Positions 26,330 through 39,700 of a DNA stretch of 64,000 nucleotides are shown piece by piece. A program made the position numbers and the translations under genes. The stretch is taken from NCBI GenBank assembly GCA_964106645.2, contig OZ067043.1; one strand, given 5' to 3'. The notes under the pieces are model-generated. The model did no database searches, was not told the origin of the DNA, and worked only from the letters and a program-made list of their open reading frames with translations. Origin of the DNA: Podarcis pityusensis (lineage: Eukaryota). Every line of letters begins with the position of its first letter. The first letter of the stretch is position 1.

Positions 26330-27170
26330 CCCTCCCCTACACAGTTTTAAAGGCCATAGATTGGGTAATTAAAGGCCTGAATGGCAGCGTTCCCACCGCA
26401 CTCCGAAGAGGCTGCGGGGGGGGGGGGAACCCTCCGTGGAGTCCCTGAGCGCTTCCCCACCCACTCGTGGGTCGGAAGCGTGAAGCTGCTCTCCGGGCTG
26501 GGCCCCAACCGCGAGGCGCCTCGACCCCGCGTCTCGCTATCACAGGCCTCGCCCCGGACTCGGAGGGGCTGAGGGGCGGCTTTACAGCAAGGCCGCGAAG
26601 CAGCGGCGGCGAGGTAGGCGCTTGTGTCCCGCGGAGAAACGGGGCTTCCCGCCTTGCCAACGCAGGGCTCGCGGCCGGCCCCGGTGCCGCTTCCAGCCAG
26701 GCCAGGCCGGGCGAGGAAGAAGCCTCTCCTCCCCGGCGTAGTAGCGCCTCGGCGCCGGCTGAGGGAGGCAGGGCCCGGGCGGGGCGCGTCGGGGAAGCGA
26801 GCGCGGAGGCCGGCGGAGGTGAATGGGGGGAGGAAGGGCGCTTGTGAGCAGCGCCTCCCTCTGTCCCTCCTTGGGGTGAGGCGGCGCGTCTGACTCAACA
26901 GAGGAGGGCGAAGGAAAGTTTCTCCCCAGCCTCTGGCGGTGCGGTGCCTGCCCTGCCTCTCTTCGCCACCCGTGGGCCGGCGGGCAGCCAGGCAAGGCCA
27001 CCCTGCCCTCCTCTCCTCTCTCGCTCTCCATGGAAACTTCTCAGCCGGGAAGCGCCACTGTGGGCCTCAATCCCACGAGGGTAAGAAGAAGCACGCGGGT
27101 TGTGAGAGAAATTTGGGAGTGGGGCCTTTTAAATTCCGCCACCCGGTAGTTGGAAGTCGCCGCTGTAGTT
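26330..27170. promoter_or_regulatory. CpG island 2 (intronic); probable further internal promoter
   Basis: Dense CpG with no recognisable repeat origin; GC box GGGCGGGGC at ~26777, TGACTCA at 26891, + strand donor AGG|GTAAGA at 27081. Confidence 0.72.
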
Positions 27171-30100
27171 GCATCTGGACTGTTTTGGGCTGCCTTTGTG
27201 GAAGGGGAAATGAGGTCGTTTGGGTATGTCGGGGTTTGTTTTCTCTCTCTCATCTCTCTCTCTCTCTCTTACTTTTGATTTTTAATTAGGTTTAATTTTG
27301 GTGATCGGCTCCCAAGGGATGTGTATTGATGGGAGCGTATATAATTATAATTAATAAAAACAAACTTCCGGGGTAAACCACAGGAGAGTAAAGGCATTTC
27401 TTGGTCGCTGCTACTGTTACTAGGATACCTTTAAACTGTAACCACAGCCCCTATAAGATGGGGGGGGGGGGAGAGATCTTATTTTACAATATAGGACTGC
27501 CTTTTTTAAAAAGTGAAAATATTTCAGAATTGCCAGTTTTGACATGCCATTTTAAGCCTTAAATGATTGCATGTAGAATTCTGTTTTCATTCTTCAGAAA
27601 CCTGTAAAGTCACTTTCCTAGTTTGCCATTTTCAGGCTTTTAATGTTTTGGAGAGGGAGTGTTTTAATGGTGTCTCTGTGTTGCAATGTAATTACCAGTG
27701 AGCTAACCGTGTGTTCTTAATAAGTGTGGCAGCTTAGGAGGAGTGAAAGGAGCTTGACTCCCAAGGGTTGTGACTATGTCAAAAACTGAAAGCAAAAAAG
27801 TGAAAGCAATCATCTGCTTCATCTCTAGAGTATTAGTAGTGTGTGTGCTGGCTGGGGTTGATGGGAGTTGTAGTCTAAAACATCTGAAGGATACTAGGTT
27901 AGCAAAGACTGGGCTAAAATCACACTCCATCCCTCTAGCATACTCCTTCATCATTTCCAGTCTTATGATACTGAGACAATTTAAAGGGAAAGTTGACTCA
28001 TGCTACTGGATAGTGATTACCTGCTAAACATATGTTGCATGTACATTATGAGTCAAACTTCAACCTACGGTAGCCCTATATTATTTCAAGAAGATTTTTG
28101 TGTTCTTTGATCCTGTGTCCCCATCTTTAAACTAGCTGCTTCAAGCGGTCTTGGCAACTTGGTATTTAGGTAACTGTCAGTATTCTAGCAGCTTCTGAGT
28201 TGTATCCCATCTAAGTCTGCCTTTTACAGGAGCTCCCCCCCGCCCTGCAGTTTGTAAATACAGAATTTACTTACATAAATATATAGCTTTTCTTTTGTAT
28301 AGGTGGCAGTGGAAAGTGGCATTGGCAGGCATTTCAGTTGCATATAGCTATGCAGCAGTATTTTACTCATTCCAACACTTTGTGTTTGCTCCTGTGTTCA
28401 GTGGGGTACACTTTCAGTTAAGTATACTTCAGATTGCAGCCCTCCCTGTCTTACCTCCTTTGGTATACATGGCACTTGACAGCAAGTCAGAGGGCAGGTC
28501 CCTGCCCCTGGAGCTAGATCTAACATTTGACATGGGGAAGCAAAAGCAGGGGTGAGCAAGGAAGAATACGTGGCTATTTCAGTTATATTTGCTTAGGTTC
28601 CGTTACAGGATGCATTACAGAATAGGATGTTATGTGTTTCTTGAATTCATCATGTAGAGCATGAGGATAAAACTCCTTTGAACTCAGTTCATCATGGGTG
28701 TTTACTGACCACAGTGCTGTCAGTTGTTAATATACTTTGTATTTAATGCCTACTGAATTTCATGTTATCTCAAATGTGGTTCAAACTGTCTTGTTCTTTA
28801 TACTGAAGTCATGATTTCTAGTGAAATAACTGCATGCAGTAGTGTCTCATTATTCATTAGCACAAGCTTTGAGGTATATTTTTGAGTCCAAAGACAGAAC
28901 TGGGCTAGTCCTTTATGACGGCTGAGTTTGCTTTTAAGTAATTTTTGTCAATCTCAGGTATGGAGGCTGCTTTCTTCTGCAGTTTCTATTTCTAGCTACA
29001 CTCCCTTTGATTGAGTGTCTGTGAACAGATCATTAAATAAGGTAAGTGTTTCTGTATTCCTTCAGTTCTTTCTACCTTCTCATCATTGGATAGGACAAAA
29101 AAGTCATAGGCTCATAAAAGGAGCATTAACACTGTACCTTTTGCATTAATTCGCTCCAGCTTTTCTGTTACTTTTATACACTGCTTTAACTGCTCCCCCT
29201 TGCACTGTGAAACTTCTGTACTACAGAATGTTGTCTCCAAAGTTTAGGTTGTGATAACTCAAAATAAATTTCCTATGTAGACCAACACCATTCCTAATGG
29301 GATTTCTCATACCCATAACCCTTTCCTGCAGATACTTTCAGGTATGTTTGATGCTGTTGAAATAAGTCTGCCTTGTAGTCCAGAGCTCTTGAGAACTGAA
29401 CAAGTTAGAGCCTACAGTTATGTGAGCTAAACTTCCAGACAATCTGAAATTAGCGTTGTATGAACTTGAATTTTAGCTGCAAAGTATGTCCTTTATAGCC
29501 AATACATGAAATGGGTTTTTTCCTTGCCCAACCCTGTGCAGCGCCACTTAATTTTGCAGCTGCAAAGTTGCTACTCCACCCTGCAGTCTTAACATCCTAA
29601 TTACTTGTTGTGAGGTATAGCTTTTGGCTAGAGCTACTAAAACTAAACAGGAGCATAGTCCTGTTTCTGTCTTTTCTCTACTGGATCTTGGGTTCTTGAG
29701 GGTGAACTCTCTCATTCAATACACACTCTTAGTATAAAATAAGATTTGCATGGTGTTTCTCAGCTTTAGAGGGCTTTAGCATTTTATCAGAAGCCTTCAT
29801 CGGTGACACTTTTGAGGTGCTGCAGTACTATTGAAGTCTGTTGTGTTGTTGCTTTTAAGGACATTACCATCCCCAAAAACGCTTTGCTCACCTGCATGTG
29901 TCCATGGAACACAGAGTAGTTTAAGCAATCTCATCTACTAAAGACAGAGCAATACAGAGTTTGTGGATTTGAGGAGACTCAGTGTGGTATAAGTTATGAT
30001 AGTGCAGCCCATTGGTTCAGTCTACCTCTTTATTCTGCCTTCCCCAAAACTATTTCAGTAGTATATCTTGGGGATCGTATTCTTGTTGGGTATTTTATTA

Positions 30101-30625
30101 TGGGTTGATTTTTGTTGTGGTTCCCCAGATTCTTAAGCTTAAGAGCTGCATATCAGAATCCGGATTTAGGGGCCTATGCCTGGCTCATAATCAGCTCACC
30201 TGAGCAGCACATTCGTCTTCTCCCACTCAGCCCTTCTCCAATCCTGTGGAGCATCCTACTGTTCTACTGCTGTGGCTTTTTCTGTGGCTTGTAGGTCCCA
30301 GCCTGTAGCTGTAAAGAGGACACTGTGGCAGGCAACTCTTGTGCACAAGAAAATACTACTTTAATTTCTATTCTCATGCTTTGAAATGCTTGGACCTGCT
30401 ATTTGCTCACTTGGCATAGAACAGTACTGATTAATATATTGGCATTGTTCCCTTCCCTCCTCACCCCCCAAACCCCAAGGAAACGAATTTAGGAAGTATG
30501 TAGTTTTTAATTTAAAAAAATTCTTTGAAATCAGAATTCAGAGAAAAGGAGGTTGTTTCTTGCTCTCCTGGCCAGGGGATTTCCCCCCACAAAGACTATA
30601 GAGATTTCCATGTATTCTGTGTATA

Positions 30626-30627
<2 letters not shown>

Positions 30628-30656
<29 letters not shown>
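30628..30656. repeat. (TG)n microsatellite
   Basis: Direct reading of the sequence. Confidence 0.95.
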
Positions 30657-30660
<4 letters not shown>

Positions 30661-32129
30661 ACACACACAGAGAGAGAGCTTACAGGAACTAGTAATGTAT
30701 TTTAAAGCTTTTACCATTTCCATTATGGAACACTGTTTTTGTTTTGCTTTTTAAGATACAGTTGGGCAGATCTAAATATAGCAGGCATTCCTGAAACCCA
30801 TTAGATTGAGCTCATTAAGTTATTTGTACGTTCTATAATTTGCTTTCCTATTTTTGTCAGTTACAAAGTCTTTGTGTGCCCATAAAGCCTGTTCTACTGC
30901 TCTCTAATTGGCCACCTCCTGTTTGACTGATTCATTTCTGTCGGAAACAGTTGCTACAGAAACAGTTAGTGATGTCATGTCACAAACTTGTGGTATCATT
31001 GAATGTGTAGAACAGGAGGTGTCTGGTTCTGCATCTAAGCTTTTTCTCATTTTAGACTGGTTTTGCAAAATTGCAGAAATGGTTCAGTGGGTTCAATGGA
31101 ATTAAATATGGTATCTAGCCAAGTTGCAGTTTTCTTCCCAAACTCTGGAATTTGTGCTGGGTGGAGGCACTTATACACTTTTGGGCTGGATGGAGGCCTT
31201 ACACACTTTGGCAAATATTAGATGTCCTCTATTTTTGTGGCTATGCTTACTGAAGGTGGCAGAAGCTCAAAAACCTTCAGCTGCTGTTTATTGACTGAAG
31301 CTCTGTTAACAAACATTTGTTTGTGCACTGTCTTAAATTTCTGTTAGGCTGAGTTCCAATGGCAGCATTTGATACATGATTGACTTTGGCCTCTGTACAG
31401 ACTAGTAGCAGACTTGCTGAGCTCTTCCAAGTTTTCATTTTCACTTGTTGAAAAGCGTAGAACACGGTAGAAGCACTTCCGATTCGCTTCCTTTCAACAG
31501 TCCTTGTATAAGTATCTCAGAGTCTGCAGCCGTCATGTTTACTCACATGATGAATTGGACTCTCTGCCAAGACCTGTGTAATGTGATGAGGTCACAGACG
31601 CTAATGTGATTTGACTTGCTGCATGTCGTAAAGGATGAGCTAGTGTGGTTGTAAAAACTGGCTTATGCATTTTTTCAGTCTTGGGTAACAAAGCTAGAAA
31701 AGTGAGTTATAGGGAATAATTGGCCTATTAATACCCTTTTATTAGAGAGCTAGAAGGAATTTAAATAAACTGCATCCGTGTTTGTCTTAGGGGTCTGTGA
31801 CACTGGTGCAGTGCATCAAATCTATACACTCTACATGTACCAGATTCTTCAGCCTATGCTGGTTTTCTTCTTATCCATATAGGTCACAGAAGGGTTGGAA
31901 GATGTCATGGGTTGTATAACATCCACAGCTGGCTTCCCTGGGTCCCTGCAGGAGTGTCTTGGGAGTTAAAGTCCCTGATCTGACCAGGTGTCTTCCTGTA
32001 CTTCTGGATGTGTGGGGGGGAATCTGATGAAGAGCCCAAGAAGCTGACATCAGGACATTCCCCATTTTCTGATCTTGCATCCATTAATCTATTTGCATAC
32101 CACATATCATAAAAACATCTCATGTCAGC

Positions 32130-33700
32130 TTACAATAAAATCCATTAAAATACAATAACAGCAAAATATACTTAACAGCTTTGGTAGGAAGTTCAAAATA
32201 TAACATAAAAGTTATGACAAATGACTGCTGTCAATAGCCAGCAAAGCCTTCAGTAAAGACATATAGTTTCAGCATGCACTGTCAATGCACAGAAAAAGCC
32301 CTCTTCCTGGTTGCTGCAAGATGAGCTTCCACATAACCATGAAGACCTCAGCAGATGGCCCTAATGACCAGGAATGTCTATACAGGAGAAGGCGTTCCTT
32401 TGGATTCCTACTCCGAAATTATTTAGGGCTTTGTAGGTTGATACCAAACCTGGCCCATTAGCAAATTGGAAGCCAGTGTAGCTCTTTTAATGGTATTGTA
32501 TATTCCACTTGACAACCTAGTAGCTACATTCTGTACTAACAGCAGCTCCTGGACTAAGCTTAAGGGCAGCCTCACATAAAATGCATTATAGTACAGTGGT
32601 ACCTCGCAAGACGAATGCCTTGCAAGACAAAAAACTCGCTAGACGAAAGGGTTTTTTGTTTTTTGAGCTGCTTCGCAAGACGATTTTCCCTATGGGCTTG
32701 CTTCGCAAGACGGAAACGTCTTGCAAGTTTGTTTCCTTTTTCTTAACACCGTTAATACAGTTGCGACTTGACTTCGAGGAGCAACTCATAGAACGCGGTG
32801 TGGTAGCCTTTTTTGAGGTTTTTAAAGACTTTGGTGATTTTTGAAGCTTTTCCAAAACTTTCCCGACACCGTGCCTCGCAAGACAAAAAAAATCGCAAGA
32901 CGACAAAACTTGCGGAACGAATTAATTTCATTTTGCGAGGCACCACTGTAATCAAGTCTTGAGGTTGTGTATGCATAGTTCACTAAGCTGGTAAAAGATG
33001 CTTTTATCCACTACAGCCACTTGGGCTTTCCAAGTCAAAAATGGTTCCAGGAGCACCCCCAGACTACATACCTACTCCTTCAGAACCCTTGCCAGTATTC
33101 AACGTCAGCTTATTGACCCTTATCTAGCCTATTGCTGTGCCCAAACACCAATCCACATCCAGACACCGATCCAGAACTTGTATGGCCATGCCTGATTCAG
33201 ATGGAGAAATCAATCTGAGTATTATCACTATAATGATGTTGTTGTGCTTCAGATCCTCTAATGACGGCTTCTAGCAGTTTCATATGGATGTTAAACAGCA
33301 CTGAATATGACATGGCACTCTGTTTTACTCCATAACCGACCTGTCAAGGTACAATCATCCAGTGCTACTCTGATACCAACCCTACAAGTAGGAGCAGAAC
33401 CACTGTAACACAGTGTTTCCTACTTCCAACCCACTGAGCAAGTCCAGCATGATACAGTGACTACGTTATCAAAAGCTACTGAGAGCTCAAGCAAAATCCA
33501 GGGTTGCACCACCATGTCCCTGTCAGGGTAACCAATGCTGATTAACTTCCAAAACACTTCCAAGTACTTGGGTTGGGTTGCCACTGCCCTCTCAGTAACT
33601 ATCTCCCAAAAGGGTGTATCGGCAACCAGACAGTAGTTGTCCAGGTTCCAGGGTGTTACTTTACCTCCTCCTTAAGAATAACAGGTATTGTGCCTTAGCA
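32130..33700 (-). mobile_element. Decayed L2/CR1-clade LINE relic (boundaries approximate), interrupted by MITE copy A
   Basis: Reverse strand LDNYCLVADTPFWE (~33644-33603) resembles the NYRPV-LPFL RT motif; AAGGGCAGCC...GCATTATAGTA(+MITE)ATC is typical of squamate L2. Confidence 0.55.
32594..32948 (+). mobile_element. Tc1/mariner-superfamily (pogo/Tigger-like) MITE, copy A
   Basis: TA TSD; TIRs CAGTGGTACCTCGCAAGACGAA / TTCATTTTGCGAGGCACCACTG; internal GCAAGACG repeats. Confidence 0.88.
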
Positions 33701-36700
33701 AAGTGATGCATACATCACACCACTCTGTTTCCCCCCTCTCAGCTAGTTTGAACTCGAATTTGGCACATTTTGGCTGGGAACCAACTTCAAAAACAATCTA
33801 GCATAGTTGGGGCGCATGCATATATAGGAGCTTAGAGCAATTTTACTTTGATGCTGTCATCACTTTACATTCCTGTTATTCCAGTCTAACATGGAAAACT
33901 CCGCATTCCAAATTGTGTGACGTGGTCATATGTTCAAAAGATTATTAAATAATATTGGTTCATATCATTTTCAATAAGATGAAAAGGCGTTGCAAAGACC
34001 AAACTACACAAGGCAGTGGGAGATCCACGATCAGACTTCCTCTGTGCTTCCCTCCACAAACACATTTATTGTATTTTCTAAACACAAATTATAAATAGAA
34101 AAAAAGGAGTTACAATAACAAACAGTATCCACATACTAGGAAAATTAAGAGATAGTATAGTTGCCATTTATCAACAACTTCTCCTGTGATTTGAGTTAAA
34201 ATGCAGCCATGGGGATGCCCCCGTCCCCACTGGATTGAGGCTGTAGTACTGGCAAGGTGCCCGCTCCCATGCTAGTATTTGCCTGGGGTGGGGCGAGGAA
34301 CATGTGCCTTTGCTTCCAGAGGGAGAGCAAGTTAGATAAGGAAAATGGCACAGGAGAGAAGGGTTTTTAAAAAGCCTGCACCATGTGGTCTTGATCTAAT
34401 CTGGGGTTCCCAACCTCTTAGCACTTCTCACATACAAGGCTCAGAGGTGAGTCAGGAAGCAAGCCCCAAACAAAAGGAAATCGCTTTTGATGGGCTTCCC
34501 TAATAATAACATGAAGAAACTCCTGCTTATTCTTTTTATTTTTAAAAGAATGCTGTTTCTAAAAACCATCCAGAGTGGGAACTGATTAAAAAGCCCTTTA
34601 CATGAATCATGCCAACCTCTGCCTTCCCACACTATGAAAGAATCCATAGTTCAAGACTCTTCAATTCTAACTTGTATTCCCTTGGATGAGATTGTATTTT
34701 TAATTTGTTTGCATTCTCAAAATGAACAAATGCTACGTAAAAATAGTGGACAAATGGGTTTCATTTTCATTCTCAAGGACCTTGCAATGCTATTTCTCTG
34801 GCAAAGCTCTTTGATGTGTTTCTCTTGCATGAAGAACTCTCATAAGTATTACTTCCAGTTGAATATATTTTGAAAATCTGCTGGATGTCATTCAGCGTGA
34901 TAGTAGGATTAGTTGCATCGAAGTAAATGTACAGTTTTTTCCTATTGCTTGATGCTTAAAAGGTAAGACATACCTCTTTCTGCAATTTCAGGCTCTAAAT
35001 CCATTGGGCACTTGACTGGCGCTTAGTCGTAAGCACTGTCCATTAGAAATAATACTATCATTTTCAGGCTAGGCATAGACTATCTCTACACTTTTTCTAT
35101 ATTTGGAAACTTTGGGTTGTATCCAGTGTAGTTCCAAATAACTTGTTTCCATTAGTTTTACGCTTCTGTAATGGACATTGTGTGTCCACCAGCATTTGCT
35201 GTGGTCAGTATGTAAAATGTAGAGGGGAGACATGCACCTCCAAACATGCAGTGGGCATACACTAGGTTGTTGGAGAAAGGGAACAATGATTGTACTGAAG
35301 GCTGGACAAAAACCCACTGAATGCACCAAGCAGCAATATTAATTTTTCAATATTTGCTCTAAAAGCAGAAGACTACTAAGCACTTTTGGAGTTCTTCTTA
35401 TTGATTACATCTACAATCTAATGCATTATATACCTGGAGGTAACTCCTATTTAAATTCAATGAGGCTTACTCCCATGTAACTGTGGGTAGCGTTGTCGCC
35501 TAAAGTTAACTTTCATGAGAACTTTAGTTGGTAAGGAAACTGCATGAAGGCATCCAAGATCAAATTGCAGTGTTTTCCTTTCTCTTCTCGCTGTGCGTCT
35601 TAAATCTGTAAACCTGGTTTCCTAGTATTCAGTTGTGTTATCCCCAGTAGTGTAATGGGACATGGAAACTTGACACGTAATTCTGAGTATGGGGTGCTTC
35701 ATTGGACACCAATGCGAAAAACTCAGATGCTGCTGTTGATGAACTGAGGGTATTTTATTCAAATAAAGGTTTTTGAACAAATACTGAGTAACTTGGTTTA
35801 AAGACCCATTATGGAAATAATTGTTAAGATAATTTTAAAGGTATTAACCCTGTATCTCATATGTATGACAGAAAATAAAAGGAATTCTAGGGTTTTTGAT
35901 TTAACCAAGTAATACTATGGGTGAGTAATACACTGAATCAGTCCTGTCTGGTGTTTAAGTTGTCTATGAACTGTGTCCAGTACTCTATGCTGTTGCCCTT
36001 TTGTGCTCAGAAAGCATATATGTTACCACCTCTATGAAGGAGGCTCTAGTCAAAGTCCTGTTTATCTTTCATCCTGCATCTGCATGCCTTAGAGGATCAG
36101 TCTGGAATGGAATGAAAAAAAAGTTGTTTTCAACACTGTTGTCCTTCATTGGATATCAAACATTTCACAGTTATGTTGCACTGAAAATTGTAAATATCAT
36201 ATATGATGCAAGCTAGCAAATCTTGATGCCAAATAATCCTAGGAGCGCTTTGTCTTCCGAGTCTCCTCATGGTGATGCTCCCATATTTTGAAAACATTTT
36301 GATCATCAGTGCTTATAGCTCCAGGCAAACATGTTGCTATTTTGGTTTTTTGTTTGGATGAATAATGCGTTGTTACAGGCAAATTCTATCACACACTTTC
36401 CACACTCTGGAGTGTTTAATAGATGTTGGTGGCAACTTTGTTCCATTTTGCTTTGTAAGATGAAATAAGATGCATGTCCAAGCTTTAAAACCATTTTGAG
36501 GTCAGATGATTGCTTTGGAGTCCTTTTTTTAACTTGCTGTATTCATATTCTGTAGCTTTAACTGAAATCCTTGTCTCAGCTTGTAGCTGAGTATGAGAAA
36601 TCTTCCCAGACAGGACTACGTAGCAGTTTCAGTAGGCAGCTGTCTAATGAGAATGCAAGGAACCTGTTCCCTGAGCAACTAAGCATGTGGGCTGCTGCTA

Positions 36701-39700
36701 AGCAACAGCCATCTGGAACCCAGTTTGTATTTCTTGGAATGTACCAACCATTTGGTTGGCCAAGAGATAGTATATAGTTGTAGCTGGGAACAAAGACACT
36801 TCAAGGGATTTCAGCAGTTTTATGTCATTCTGAAACCCGCAAGAATTGGAAAGCCCAAGTGAAATGGTGCTCATTCCACCAGCCCTAAAACGACATCTTT
36901 CCTCTTGTCTTTTGAATTCCAAATATCCTGTGTTTCCAAAAGTATGCTTGGCAGTATTTTGTCTTTCAATCGCTTTTCACAAGCTGCTTAGTGACTTTAT
37001 CATGTTACATTCCTCTGTGTTTAATTCTTTAGGTGACTACAGGGAAGAGTCTAGAAAACTGTTCAAAGTGCATGTCTGTAATGTGCAGTTACATGCCCAT
37101 TAAAACAAATTTGATGTATGTTTTTCCTAATGCATCTTTCAAACTCTCCTGGAGATACAGGTTTTAGTTAACAAGATGTATCTCTCTACTTCACCCATCT
37201 CCTGTTCACTTCCTTATATTTATTAAGTACACATGTACTGAAAAGTAGTATTTTGGAAAAAGGAATGATCCAGTCAGTAACTGTTTAGATTTGTATACAG
37301 TATTTAAGGGTGTCTCCATAAAAAGTATCTCTCATTTGCATTAATAAGCGCCATTCTTAACTGTTGTGAAAACTGGCAATATTTTAGTGCCTCTAACCCC
37401 CCCCCCCCATTATATCCATAAACAGAGGGAGAGATTCCTGTATGGAAGCAATTGGTATCTCCCAGAAGCTTTTTGTACTGAATGTTTAAAAGTCAAGTTA
37501 TTTGGGATGTTGGTTCTCTGCAAGCATAACTTGCATATAACATTCTTGTCTAAACTATTAATAGAATCTTCAAGTGATCTATGAATTGTGCCAGAAACAG
37601 AATGTTTGGGCTCTGACTACTGTGCCATGGTATGACCAGGCTCAGAGTTTGATTCCTGCACAACATTTTGTATCTTAATGCCAAGAAACATCTGTTAGCA
37701 TTCAGATCAGTCTTTGCCAACCTGGTGCCCTCCATGTGTTTTGGACTACAACTCTTATCAGCCCAGCTGTGCTGTAAGAGTTGTAGTTCAAAGCATACGG
37801 CAGGCACCAGGTTAGTGAAACCACATTTAGATAGTGTTGTGTCACACAGAACATAAGGCGGCACTTAAATGGGTGGAGGGGAAGGTATGATGAGCACATA
37901 GTAGGTAATGTCTGTCTGCTTTCTCCTTATCTATTGCCTTGGAGGAACAGCTCTTGGCATAAGAGCCACGGCTTGCAAACCATTGTGATATGCTGTTGCC
38001 TGGCTGAAAAAGCATTTGGCAACAAATCTTTAAAATGGTTGATATGATATTAAGTAAAGCCATTTGGAAATGAACCACTCTGTTCCTATGTATAGCTAAG
38101 TGTGATAACTTGTTTCAAAAGAAACATTCATGTACTTTTCTTTGTGGAAGGTGCTGGATGAAGTACAATTCCTATTTCTGATTTTGGGGTGGTGGTGTCT
38201 ACATTTATTTCTGTAGCTAGGTGACTGCAAGATAATTTCAGTGGGGTGGGAAGAGGAAGGGAAGTCACGGGCAAGAAGCAAATAGCCATCTCCTTTCTTC
38301 TTCTTCTTTTTAGAAAGAAAATAAAGGATACATCACAGCTGTTGGTCACTGTAGTCTCATTATTATGTTGCTGATGGTCTCCTTGGAGATAGCAATGTAG
38401 CTGTTTATAGGGCTGAGGTTTTATGTTGCTTTCTTGCTAGTTTCTCATCCCGAGTGACACTGGTAAGTTCCAAGTTTAGGTGAGCCTACATTTTCAATCG
38501 CTACAGCTTTGTGGTGCTATGTTCAGAGTTTCTTAACTATCCATGTATCAAGTTGAGTCTTGAGGCAAACCTATCCTATACATTGCCTCTTTTCGTTTTG
38601 CTTTGTGTTGTGTGCCTGTATGTTCAGGTTAAGAAAAAACCTTCTTTTGTGTTTTATTTTGGAGTACAAGAGCAAGGTTTGATAGCTTTGTGTGGAAATG
38701 CACAAGATAGATGTCTTGATAGTTTATAGTACCAAAAGGAAAGCTACAGTGGTGGAGGATAAATAAATCACCAGACTAGCATTCTGAAAGCTGTTGAGCT
38801 CCCTTTGGGTCCCTTGCAATACTACAATTCTGTGATTCTATGAATATTGAAAATAAACCTGTTTTGTCTGAGTTTTCTTAACTAAATGAGAAAAGAGGGA
38901 GCTACTCTCAAAAATTTTAACGTTTACACGTGAAGAAACAGGTCGTGTTGGCTTTCAAAATGGTTTGCAGCAAGTTCTTTGTTCATTCTGATGTTAACTG
39001 CAATGCTTTGTTCTTTTTTGCTATGTATATGCCTCTGTAAACAAGATTTGTGAATAACTGTAGGCACTAGTTTAGCCTTTCTGACTTAATGTTTGAGAAT
39101 GTTTGAGGCAGTGGTATTGCTTGATTCACTCTGGATTTAAAAGCTCCTTTTATGTTGAAGGTTAAATGGCAGTGGTGGCAAAACTTCTTAGAAGCGACTT
39201 GCTCTTTATGAAAGTCTAAAAAATTAGTAACTCAAGGAACAGACTCCAAATTCATAATGGCAGGATGAAAGCCCATTACCAGAAAAGGAAGGGGGGAGGA
39301 TCTGACTCGACCATTGGAATGAAAAAAGTAGAGACATAATGGTCTCAGGAATGTCACATTGAGGAAATGACCTTTCAGTCTAATTTCCTACTTAGCTGGA
39401 TCCCCTAAATTGACTGAGGCAGTAGAAACATTTGTTAGCGTTTGTTTGCTTACTGCCAGCCTTTTGCTGTTTAGTGTTATATCTTCAAAAACAGCTGTAG
39501 CTCAGGCTTGTGCAGTGTGCAAATGAGGAGTTTGTTGCTTTGATTGGGGGTGCACTAAACATGTTTGAGCATCTTCCATAGGCACATATGTAAAGCATTT
39601 CTAATTACTTGGCTGAATGTCTGTAAGATTCTCCTGTCTGAAACTTTGAAGCAGAGAGTCTTAATGTTTTGAATCTAGGGAAACGTTTTGTACTAGTCAC

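Noticed and set aside
26337-27289. Overlapping ORFs of 100-183 aa in CpG island 2
   Set aside because: Same GC artefact; no homology recognised.
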